Positions 51,496 to 60,316 of a stretch of DNA of 64,000 nt are shown piece after piece. The position numbers were made by a program, and so were the translations under genes. The DNA is taken from positions 8,298 through 72,297 of the forward strand of contig SUUV01000004.1 in assembly GCA_015062345.1 (NCBI GenBank). The letters are read 5' to 3'. Position 1 is the stretch's first letter. Every line of letters starts with the position of its first letter. This stretch comes from Alphaproteobacteria bacterium (GTDB taxonomy: Bacteria > Pseudomonadota > Alphaproteobacteria > RF32 > CAG-239). The notes beneath the pieces are model-generated. The model made no database searches. It was not told the origin of the DNA and saw only the letters and a list, made by a program, of their open reading frames with translations.

Positions 51496-51671
51496 AAAAT
51501 TATTAAATGTCATTTTATGAGCCGCACAGGGTGTCAGCTCAAAAAAGAAATCTTATCTTGAAATGCGTTAGCATTGCTTGCTTAAATTTTGCAAGCATAA
51601 ATTATGGGTGAGGGGATTAAAAATAAATTTCCCTCCATAAGCTATATGAAGGGAAAACATAATTTTAAAAA

Positions 51672-51908
51672 TTATGAACGATAAGTCACATCAATTTCTT
51701 CGTTATCATCATCGTCATCATCGCTTGAAAAAACATCTTTGGTCTTATCCCAAGCCTTAGCACTAACTTCTTTGGTTTTATCCCAAGCTTTTGCCGTTCC
51801 GTCTTTTGTAGCTTCCCAAGCATCAGAGCTTACATCTTTGGTTTTTTCCCATAAACTCGGATTGCTTTTTTGATGATTATGTATTTGCGGACCATTATTC
51901 TGTGTCAT
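51672..51908 (-). CDS. Small protein with four 11 aa W(E/D)xTK(D/E) repeats (LEA/CsbD-like)
   Basis: SD aaggag; WEKTKDVSSDA-WEATKDGTAKA-WDKTKEVSAKA-WDKTKDVFS; acidic tail. Confidence 0.65.
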   Translation of the reverse strand: MTQNNGPQIHNHQKSNPSLWEKTKDVSSDAWEATKDGTAKAWDKTKEVSAKAWDKTKDVFSSDDDDDDNEEIDVTYRS

Positions 51909-52075
51909 AAGTTTCTCCTTTGTTTCAAATTGTTATTGTGCATCTAAAAAATAAAGCGCAAACTAAATTTTTCAACTAAACAATAGTCATATAAATAAAC
52001 AAAAAAGACAAATAATGCTTGAAAATTTGGCAATGATGTGCTAGTGTGAATATAACTTTGTAAGGATATGTTTTT

Positions 52076-54541
52076 ATGGTTAATGAAGTCGGCATACAAA
52101 ATGATTTTGATGTATTGGCAGAGTTTACGGGAACTGCCGCTTTTTCGTATAATGAAATACATAATCAATATATTTCAACTTCCACTTCTTATGATTATCC
52201 GAGAATTATCCGTGAAGTCAGCAAAGCCCGAGGTTGGTCACATGAAAAAACCAAACAAGAGCTGATTGATGCCGGTGTCTTGGTATATTTATCAAATGAT
52301 GAATATGCCGTTGATGTTCATGGCACAACCAGAAACGGAGGTGGTGTAAATTATAATCAAGGGTTGGTGCTATTTAATTTTGATAAAGCAGATTCTCAAT
52401 CAACATATCATGAATACGCTCATTCACTCCAAAGCATTTATGAGACATTTAACGATAACACACTAAAACAAATGTATGATAATGTCGGTCTTGATATTAA
52501 AGCTGAGTCCGAGTTTGAAAAACACGATTATACAAGATATTTGAAAGAAATGCATGCAGACACTTTCGGATTTGCCGCATTGCTGTTAAGGGCTGAAAGT
52601 TTGCCGGAGTTTTTAGAAATTTCATTAAGAGCAATGCGACGAGCAGCTCATATGACTGTAAAGGGTGAAAATCAAAAAAATACGATATATGGTCGAGATG
52701 ATTCAAATTTAAAATATTATGCCTCCTATAATGTAATGAAAAAAACCATAAAAGAAATATGGAAAATAAGAAACTTAAAAGACATAAATCAATATTTTGA
52801 TGAAAACGGAGTTATAAAATTTAAAGAGTTGTGCAAGTTATCTGAAGATATTGTATCACAAAGTGCCTATTCTCCAAAACAATTTAAGGCTTTTAAAAAT
52901 CATTCTTTGAACATTTCATACACAAAAAGAGGTATACACCCCATTGACCACAATCACAAAAGAGATATCTTAAATTCAATAATATTGCTTGGCATGGTTA
53001 CTATGCTTGAGGCCATAAGAAAGAAAAAAATGACCAAAAGCATCAAAGCTCAATCTTTAGCGCATAAAAAACTGATTGACGAATATACAAACTTGCAAAA
53101 TAAGTTTGTGCAGTTGGACATAATTGATAATGTATCAAAACCGCTCATTGCTGAGCAAAGCATTGAAAGGTTACATGCCGGTATTGCAATGATAAATCAC
53201 AAATTAGGTTTTCCTTCGATTGGTGAAGATATTTTAAGAACAATGATACATAAACGCTATAAAAATCAAGACTTCACCGAAGAAAATCGCAAAAAAGATA
53301 TTGAAAATTGTTGTATGCTCATGAACATAAAGAATAGTCAAGACATTGAGTTGTTGAGTAACTTTTTGTTACGAGCAGATGCAATTTGTGCCATAAATAT
53401 TCACAATGAATATTTCAAAAAAATTATGTCATATTCTGATGAAACATTATACGAGCAACGAGACATCATTAAAACTCTAAAAGAAAAGCCGGAAAAATTA
53501 AAATATTCGCATGAAGTTATAAGGCCGCTGATTGAAAAAGAAGAACCGTTGATGCTTTTGCAAAATGCAGATAAAATTAAGGCTTTAATTGAATTAGGTT
53601 ATGATGTTAATAAACAAGATATTGATGGGTACACTCCTTTAATGTGCTGTATGAATCCTGAAAAAACAAAAGTTTTGCTTGAAAACGGTGCCGATATTAA
53701 TGCAAAAGATTCTGAAGGCAACACAGCATTGATGCAAACTGACAATAAAATGATTATGCAAGTTTTATTGGAAGCAAAACCAAATTTAGAAATTAAAAAC
53801 AATATTGGTAGAACTGCTCTTATGAACTGTACCAATCTTGAATGCGTTGAATTGTTGATAAATGCAGGTGCTGACATAAACGCACAAGATAACAATGGTG
53901 ATACGGCTTTAATATTATCCACCGAGCAAGAAGAATTGAAAACTCTGCTTAAAGCTAAACCCAATCTGGAAATTAAAAACAAAAAAGGCAAAACCGCTTT
54001 AACATCTTTTACCAATGCCGAAAATTTTGCATTGTTGCTCAATGCCGGCGCCAACATTACAACAAAAGACAATTATGGTAGCAATCCGTTGATGGGTGTT
54101 TTGATATCAGATATACCGGATATTCAAAAAGAAAAAATTGTTGATATATTGCTTGATAAAAAAATTGAAGCAAATGATACAAACAAAGACAATGAAAACG
54201 CACTTGTATATGTAGCAAGAAGCAAAAAAATCAGCAATGAGTTTAAAAATTCTTTAGCGCAAAAGCTCATATTATATGGTGTTGACATTGATTCCGCATT
54301 AAGTAAAATTCCCAATAAAAACGAAAAGGAAATTATCACAAATGCTAATCAAGAAATACAAAAAAAAGCACAAAGGCTTGCAACCATTAGAAATAAGATT
54401 GCCAAAGGTGTTGATAAAATTGATGAAAAAATCGGCTCACCCATACAAAAGGTGTTAGGTAAAAAAGTTCAGGACATTCAGCTTCCTGATGCCATAAAGC
54501 AAACCGAAGCCCAAATCAGCTCAAAATTGTTCCGAAGATAA
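52076..54541 (+). CDS. Ankyrin-repeat protein with N-terminal HExxH (zincin-like) domain
   Basis: YHEYAH and downstream EMHAD; several G.TPL/TAL...LL..GADIN ankyrin repeats in the C-terminal third. Confidence 0.75.
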   Translation: MVNEVGIQNDFDVLAEFTGTAAFSYNEIHNQYISTSTSYDYPRIIREVSKARGWSHEKTKQELIDAGVLVYLSNDEYAVDVHGTTRNGGGVNYNQGLVLFNFDKADSQSTYHEYAHSLQSIYETFNDNTLKQMYDNVGLDIKAESEFEKHDYTRYLKEMHADTFGFAALLLRAESLPEFLEISLRAMRRAAHMTVKGENQKNTIYGRDDSNLKYYASYNVMKKTIKEIWKIRNLKDINQYFDENGVIKFKELCKLSEDIVSQSAYSPKQFKAFKNHSLNISYTKRGIHPIDHNHKRDILNSIILLGMVTMLEAIRKKKMTKSIKAQSLAHKKLIDEYTNLQNKFVQLDIIDNVSKPLIAEQSIERLHAGIAMINHKLGFPSIGEDILRTMIHKRYKNQDFTEENRKKDIENCCMLMNIKNSQDIELLSNFLLRADAICAINIHNEYFKKIMSYSDETLYEQRDIIKTLKEKPEKLKYSHEVIRPLIEKEEPLMLLQNADKIKALIELGYDVNKQDIDGYTPLMCCMNPEKTKVLLENGADINAKDSEGNTALMQTDNKMIMQVLLEAKPNLEIKNNIGRTALMNCTNLECVELLINAGADINAQDNNGDTALILSTEQEELKTLLKAKPNLEIKNKKGKTALTSFTNAENFALLLNAGANITTKDNYGSNPLMGVLISDIPDIQKEKIVDILLDKKIEANDTNKDNENALVYVARSKKISNEFKNSLAQKLILYGVDIDSALSKIPNKNEKEIITNANQEIQKKAQRLATIRNKIAKGVDKIDEKIGSPIQKVLGKKVQDIQLPDAIKQTEAQISSKLFRR

Positions 54542-54609
54542 AAAAGTTGATTTTGTTGTTAAATGGTATAAATTAAAATCAAAGCAAAACAAAAATAGGG
54601 GAGAGATAA

Positions 54610-55464
54610 ATGGGAAAAATTAAAACATTTTGCCTAATGGCGGGCTTGATGCTGATTTTTATGTATGTCGGCAATTTGTTTGGCGGTGTTCAAGGTATGA
54701 AAACAGCATTTATTATTTCATTGGCGCTAAATTTTTACAGCTATTTTTTCAGCGATAAATTGGTCTTAAAGCACTATAAAGCTCAAGAAGTAAACAAAAA
54801 CAATGCACCTATGCTGTATCAGATTGTAGAAAATTTGAGCCAAAAAGCCAATTTACCGATGCCCAAAGTTTATATTGTGCCCGATGATGTTCCAAATGCT
54901 TTTGCCACGGGTCGAAACCCCAAACACGCAGCAGTTGCCGCCACTCAAGGCTTGTTAAACTTGCTTGATGAAAACGAAATTGAGGGTGTTTTGGCTCATG
55001 AATTAAGCCATGTAAAACACTATGACATTTTAACCGGCTCAATTGCCGCAGTTTTTGCCGGTGCTATTGCCATGATATCAAATATGGCAAGATATAATGT
55101 CAGTTCAAGAAATAATAACTCAAACAATCGTTCAAACGGTTTGTTTGCAGTGTTGGCTGTGGTTTTATTGCCGATTGCCGCCAGTGTTATCAGGTTTGGT
55201 GTTTCAAGAACCAGAGAATATGAAGCCGATGAAGGAGCCGCAAATTTAACTCAAAAACCGCAATATTTGGCATCTGCATTGGCAAAGTTGGAAGGATATG
55301 CAAAAAATTATAGTCTTAACAAAGCCACATCAGAAACGGCTCATATGTTCATTATCAATCCGTTTAGCGCTCAAAAAGCCGATTTTTCTTCGCTGTTTAG
55401 CACACATCCCTCTACTGCCGACAGAATACGGCGCTTAAAAGCTTTAGAAGATAAATATCAATAA
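54610..55464 (+). CDS. htpX: Zinc metalloprotease HtpX
   Basis: PNAFATGRNP, EIEGVLAHELSH, SRTREYEAD, LFSTHP...RI. Confidence 0.93.
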   Translation: MGKIKTFCLMAGLMLIFMYVGNLFGGVQGMKTAFIISLALNFYSYFFSDKLVLKHYKAQEVNKNNAPMLYQIVENLSQKANLPMPKVYIVPDDVPNAFATGRNPKHAAVAATQGLLNLLDENEIEGVLAHELSHVKHYDILTGSIAAVFAGAIAMISNMARYNVSSRNNNSNNRSNGLFAVLAVVLLPIAASVIRFGVSRTREYEADEGAANLTQKPQYLASALAKLEGYAKNYSLNKATSETAHMFIINPFSAQKADFSSLFSTHPSTADRIRRLKALEDKYQ

Positions 55465-55506
55465 AATAAAAACTCCGGATAAGTGCTAAAATCCGGAGTT
55501 TTGCTT

Positions 55507-56061
55507 TTAATAATCAATTGTTCTATTCTTAAAATAAAAATATTCCACAATTTCCAAAATACCGTATAAAACAATGTAGAGTCCTAAAAGTGTGCTGATG
55601 GTAACCGCACCTAATTCCGGATATTGCAAAATTAAAAAACCGAACACAATACCCAACAATCCCAAGGTCAAACTCCAACCCCAAGGCAACTCGGCTTTGC
55701 TTAAATGATAACTGCTCACCAGTTGCACAGCGCCGACCGCAATGCTCCATAAGGCAAAGATAATCGGCAATGTAACGGCACTAACCCCCAAATTTGATAC
55801 CAAAATGATACCGACAATTACATCAATTACCCCGACAAACATAAACCAACCCGATTCTAAGGACATTGATGATGCCACATATCCGGCACCGATAACAATT
55901 AAGGCAATGCCGATATATAAACTTAATGCCAATAAACTTATAAACGGATTAAACCAAACATATGTGCCCAAAACAACCATTAAAATACCGGCAAGCATAT
56001 GCCAAATTCCGGCACAACAAGGTGTCGGAGCAGTGTTTTTTGTTATAACCAAATCAACCAT
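55507..56061 (-). CDS. HdeD/DUF308 family membrane protein
   Basis: Six hydrophobic helices with the G..L...P repeat pattern. Confidence 0.75.
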   Translation of the reverse strand: MVDLVITKNTAPTPCCAGIWHMLAGILMVVLGTYVWFNPFISLLALSLYIGIALIVIGAGYVASSMSLESGWFMFVGVIDVIVGIILVSNLGVSAVTLPIIFALWSIAVGAVQLVSSYHLSKAELPWGWSLTLGLLGIVFGFLILQYPELGAVTISTLLGLYIVLYGILEIVEYFYFKNRTIDY

Positions 56062-56213
56062 TGATAATCTCCTAAAATGTTAAGTTAGACAAAGCTTATA
56101 TATAGTTGATTTGAGGCGAAAATAAATAATACAAAAGTTGTAGACACATTTAAAAACAAAATTTACACACTATGTTCAAAATGGATTTTTAAGTTTAATT
56201 CAAGGAGAAAATA

Positions 56214-56585
56214 ATGAAAAAAATAAGTTTAACTGCACTTGCCGTAATGCTTTGTTTATCAAGCTTGGCAAATGCAAAAGAACATTGCGATTATATGGAT
56301 AAAAAAGGCGGATATATTGTAAGCGACAGCGACATCACAACGGTTAAAACAGCGTTAGGGATGCAAGAAGATTCAATTGTAACATTGCAAGGACAAATTG
56401 AAAAGCGCCTTAAAAAAGATATGTATCAATTTAAAGATGCAAGCGGGACTATGATGATTGAAATCGGTAAAAAAGTATGGCACGGACAAACCGTAAGTGC
56501 AAAAGATACCGTGCAAATCACCGGTGAACTGGATAAAGATGATGATAAAATTGTTTTAGATGTTGAAAGCCTGATTAAAAAGTAA
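56214..56585 (+). CDS. Periplasmic bacterial OB-fold (YgiW/YdeI family) protein
   Basis: Signal peptide; V.LQG.I, Y.F.D.SG...EI....W.G, V.I.GELDKD. Confidence 0.85.
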   Translation: MKKISLTALAVMLCLSSLANAKEHCDYMDKKGGYIVSDSDITTVKTALGMQEDSIVTLQGQIEKRLKKDMYQFKDASGTMMIEIGKKVWHGQTVSAKDTVQITGELDKDDDKIVLDVESLIKK

Positions 56586-56630
56586 ATATATTAAAACCTC
56601 CCCTTGTTTATAACTTGGGGAGGGAAAATT

Positions 56631-56890
56631 TTAACTATTAGTAATAATTGTAAGGGTAAAAGTGCCTACATAATCACCGGCTTCTATTTTGGAAGGGATA
56701 TGCAATGTGCCACCCATTCCCCAATTATCATCATCAGACAAGTCTAATGTTAATGTTTTTGTTTTACCGGCGGCAAAAAGTTCAATTGTTGATGGATAAT
56801 CCACACCTACCGCATCGGAAAAATGATAACCACCGGGAAATTCATCACAAACAGATGAGGTGGCTGATGTTGTAAATTGTACATAAAGAC
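56631..56890 (-). pseudogene. 5'-truncated pilin-like paralog 6
   Basis: Not in the ORF track. Minus frame ...CDEFPGGYHF...WGMGGTLHIPSKIEAGDYVGTFTLTIITNS* carries the family C-terminal motif; no start, signal peptide or module. Confidence 0.75.
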
Positions 56891-56923
56891 ATATTTTACG
56901 AGTGATGAAAGGTAGTGTTTAAT

Positions 56924-57415
56924 ATGATTGTGAATGATAAAATGCAACAAGGTTATGAATATGTTCTTTTATCCCCGATGGGGCAAGATTTTGCACCCGA
57001 TTTTACTCCCGAATTATCCCCGAAACAAATGTTATCATTGGGAGTTTTTGAAGGACACTATTTAACCGACTGTCAAGCCGAGTTTCCGGCAGATTGGTTT
57101 ATTGAGGCCAAATTATCACCTTTATATCCCGATATTAAGCAAAATTGTTTTGGTGTAAAATCGAGGTTGTCTTTGAAAATATGGCAACAAAAAGGTTGGA
57201 TAATCGGTCCTGATGTCAGAGGTTGGTTTCAGTGGTATTGCCGATATTATATGGGCAGAAGATTACCTTCAGTTGATAATATTCAAATTAAACGATGGAA
57301 AGCGTTTAAGCGCCATTATGCGCAAGTTTACAAAAACTGCCTGCCGTTTGATTTAGATTGTCGTAAAAAACAAAGACAAGCATTGTTGCAATGGGCATAT
57401 AATCCGTTTTTTTGA
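56924..57415 (+). CDS. Conserved hypothetical protein
   Basis: PELSPKQML.LGVF.G.Y, W..KGWI...D.RGWFQWYCRYY.GRR, QI.RW, RQALLQWAY. Confidence 0.7.
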   Translation: MIVNDKMQQGYEYVLLSPMGQDFAPDFTPELSPKQMLSLGVFEGHYLTDCQAEFPADWFIEAKLSPLYPDIKQNCFGVKSRLSLKIWQQKGWIIGPDVRGWFQWYCRYYMGRRLPSVDNIQIKRWKAFKRHYAQVYKNCLPFDLDCRKKQRQALLQWAYNPFF

Positions 57416-57483
57416 TATAATTTGTCTTGCAGAATTTTTGCTTTTGTGTATAATGAAAAAAATAAATTTTCAAGGGTTATACT

Positions 57484-59541
57484 ATGGCAAAAAATTTTCA
57501 GGGTGTTCGTAAAAACAACAATAAAACAGAGTTTTGTGTGCGCTCTCCTAAGGCACAAAAAGTTGAACTTTGTCTGTTTTCAGATGATGAACAAACAGAA
57601 ACCAGAATTGAACTTCATAAAGATGAAAACGGCAATTGGTCTGTTTTGCTTGATGATATCAAAGAAGGGCAAAAATACGGATATCGAACATATGGCAAAT
57701 ATAATCCTGATAAAAGATGTTTTTTTAATCCTAACAAATTGCTTGTTGACCCTTATGCGCTTGAAGTTACCAAAAGCTTAAATAACATTTCAACCGATGA
57801 TAAATATATTTTGTTTGGCAATAACAATTATGATTCGGCGGCCATAACCCCTAAAAGTGTAGTCAGGTTTTTTGATAAGGCTGATTTAGAAAAAAAATAT
57901 CCGTATCTGTATAAAAAACCGCATCACAGTTGGGCAAAAACCCACATTTATGAATTGCATGTCGGCAATTTTTCGGCTGATAAACCTGATGTTCTCCCCT
58001 CAAATCGAGGCACATTGTCGGCTTTAAATCAGTCGGCGGGATATTTTAAAGATTTAAGCTATAATCAAATTGAACTGATGCCTTTAACTCCGACTATGGC
58101 GGATATGCATTTAGAAAAAAATAAAGGACTTTCCGACCAATGGGGATATAACCCGATAAATCATTTTGCCATTGACCCCAGATACGGCAAAATTGATGAT
58201 TTGTTGGCATTTATCAATGATATGCACAAAGAAAATATTGAGGTATGCCTAGATGTTGTCTATAACCATACCGGAGAATCTAAAAATGACAGATTTTTGC
58301 TTTCGTATAAAGGTTTGGACCCTGATGCATATTATCGTTTCAGCCCTCATGACGGCCATAGCTTTGTTGATACCACAGGTTGCGGAAACGGTTTTAATCC
58401 GAACAGCGAGCAGGGTGGTCGCATAATTAAAGACAGTTTGATGTTTTTTAGCGATATTTGCGGCGTTGATGCTTTCAGGTTTGACTTAGCAGGTGATTGT
58501 GCTTTAGATAACAATTTAGAGTTTAATCCCAATGGCAATTTTATGCAAATTGTCAGAGAAGTTTCAGAACTTACGGGCGCCAAAATGAGCGGGGAGCCAT
58601 GGAGTGCGGTCGGCGGATATTTTTTGGGACAAATGGAAGGCATTTATGAGTGGAATGATAAACACGAACATTGTTTAAGAAAATTTATTCGTGGTGAACA
58701 CGGACAGGTTGGAAGTTTGGCATATTTTATGGCCGGAGCAAATAGCAAAAGAAAAATCAATGTGTTTACCAAGCACGATGGTGCAACCGCTTATGACTGG
58801 GCAACATATCAGCAAAAAAACAATTATGACAACAACGAAAACAATCGAGACGGAAGCAATGACAACTTTTATAGTCCGTCGGCAAGCGATGATATAAAGC
58901 TTACCAAAACAAAATCGGCGCATGCTTTAAACACTCTTGCCAGAGGAGTGCCTTTGTCTTTAAGCGGTGATGAGTTGTGGCGTTCGCAAAACGGAAATAA
59001 CAACGGTTATGCAAAACCTTTTCCGCTAAAATGGAAAGATTTGAGCGCAGAACAAAAAGAAAGATATTTGTTTGAAAGAAAGCTTAATGCATTTCGCCAA
59101 GAGCACCCGATATTCAGCAATATTGACGGGGCAAGCGATGAAATTATGCCCAACGGTAAGCCCTCATGGGAATGGATAAATATCAACGGCGAACAAATGA
59201 AACAATGCGATTGGGACTTTGAATATAACAGATATTTAGCTTATGTCTTAAACGGACAAGATAAAAACGGCACTCGCTTTGATGATGATTTTTTGGTTAT
59301 GACATCGGGAAATGTTGAAAGCTCATTGCAGGTTAAGTTGCCTAAACCTCCACATGTCGGAAGTTGGAAAGTGGTGTTTGATACCTCAAAAAGAACATCT
59401 GAAATTGATGATACAGAATATGAAAAAGGCTCAACATATAACATTGCGCCTCATAGCGTGGTTGTAATGACTTGTAAACGAGATGAAAGTGTTGCTAAAG
59501 AAAACTTGCTTTTAAATATTAAAGATGCAAAATCAAGATAG
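57484..59541 (+). CDS. glgX: Glycogen debranching enzyme / isoamylase (GH13, GlgX-like)
   Basis: YGYR, LLVDPYA, WGYNP, DVVYNHT, FRFDLA (nucleophile), EPW (acid/base), HDG. Confidence 0.85.
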   Translation: MAKNFQGVRKNNNKTEFCVRSPKAQKVELCLFSDDEQTETRIELHKDENGNWSVLLDDIKEGQKYGYRTYGKYNPDKRCFFNPNKLLVDPYALEVTKSLNNISTDDKYILFGNNNYDSAAITPKSVVRFFDKADLEKKYPYLYKKPHHSWAKTHIYELHVGNFSADKPDVLPSNRGTLSALNQSAGYFKDLSYNQIELMPLTPTMADMHLEKNKGLSDQWGYNPINHFAIDPRYGKIDDLLAFINDMHKENIEVCLDVVYNHTGESKNDRFLLSYKGLDPDAYYRFSPHDGHSFVDTTGCGNGFNPNSEQGGRIIKDSLMFFSDICGVDAFRFDLAGDCALDNNLEFNPNGNFMQIVREVSELTGAKMSGEPWSAVGGYFLGQMEGIYEWNDKHEHCLRKFIRGEHGQVGSLAYFMAGANSKRKINVFTKHDGATAYDWATYQQKNNYDNNENNRDGSNDNFYSPSASDDIKLTKTKSAHALNTLARGVPLSLSGDELWRSQNGNNNGYAKPFPLKWKDLSAEQKERYLFERKLNAFRQEHPIFSNIDGASDEIMPNGKPSWEWININGEQMKQCDWDFEYNRYLAYVLNGQDKNGTRFDDDFLVMTSGNVESSLQVKLPKPPHVGSWKVVFDTSKRTSEIDDTEYEKGSTYNIAPHSVVVMTCKRDESVAKENLLLNIKDAKSR

Positions 59542-59571
59542 AAAAAAGGCTCTCAAATGAGAGCCTTTTTC
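59541..59571. terminator. Bidirectional terminator between glgX and paralog 5
   Basis: GAAAAAAGGCTCTC-aaat-GAGAGCCTTTTT. Confidence 0.8.
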
Positions 59572-59591
59572 TACAATATATGGTTGGTATA

Positions 59592-60086
59592 TTATTCAAC
59601 GGTAACCAACACTGAAAAAGAACCTGTATATTCACCTACAGGTATGTTTTCTGGAATAAATAATGTGCCACCTATACCAAGGTAATATCCGACGGAATCA
59701 TGTCCTGCCGGACCGCTAGTGAATTGAGATACAAGAAGAGCTGCCTCAGGATTATTAGCATTTGTAAGTATCAACATTTGAGGCAATATAACATTAGCAT
59801 TTTCTACTGAGCTTTGAAATATACAACGAGCAGATTCTATTCCATTTGCAAGCACACCATTATCACCGGTAATTAAAGTGCCTGTTGCAGAATTATAGTC
59901 AAGAGTAAGCATGCTCGTCGGATTATTAGAAGGTACATAAATATCTCCAAAAGTCATTTCAGAGCAAGAAATGCTGGTTACATTTTTAACTGTGGCACTA
60001 ACTTGAATTGTTCCGGTATAATCTTCGGCATTAGCTGTGCTCACAGTTAAAACAGCTACAGCACAAGTAAGAAAATATTTTCTCAT
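59592..60086 (-). CDS. Secreted pilin-like protein (DUF4402/Csu-like), paralog 5
   Basis: MRKYFLT...STANA; CSEMTFGDI; IGGTLFIPENIPVGEYTGSFSVLVTVE. Confidence 0.75.
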   Translation of the reverse strand: MRKYFLTCAVAVLTVSTANAEDYTGTIQVSATVKNVTSISCSEMTFGDIYVPSNNPTSMLTLDYNSATGTLITGDNGVLANGIESARCIFQSSVENANVILPQMLILTNANNPEAALLVSQFTSGPAGHDSVGYYLGIGGTLFIPENIPVGEYTGSFSVLVTVE

Positions 60087-60224
60087 AATTTAATCCTTTA
60101 CAAAAATAGTTTAAGTACATTTGAAAGGTGCAAAAATTTACCTTTCACATCGCATCATAAACCGTTTTTTTTTTTTGCAAGTAAAAAGAGTCTTTTAAGG
60201 TATTTAAATCAAATTTGAGGTAAG
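60069..60224 (-). promoter_or_regulatory. Conserved upstream module, copy 5 (T12 at 60165..60176)
   Basis: Near-identical to the other copies. Confidence 0.9.
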
Positions 60225-60316
60225 AAAAAACAAAGTCTATATTTTTGCTTGTTACATATACAAAATGCGGGGAATGTTACTTAACCCCGCATTTTTAGAG
60301 CTCTTAAATGCTAACT

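Noticed and set aside
57422-57781. 119 aa ORF overlapping the glgX start, and other 60-160 aa ORFs nested in long genes (e.g. 32973..33308, 53599..54072, 20776..21201)
   Set aside because: They overlap well-supported genes in alternative frames or antisense, with no recognisable motifs or RBS.
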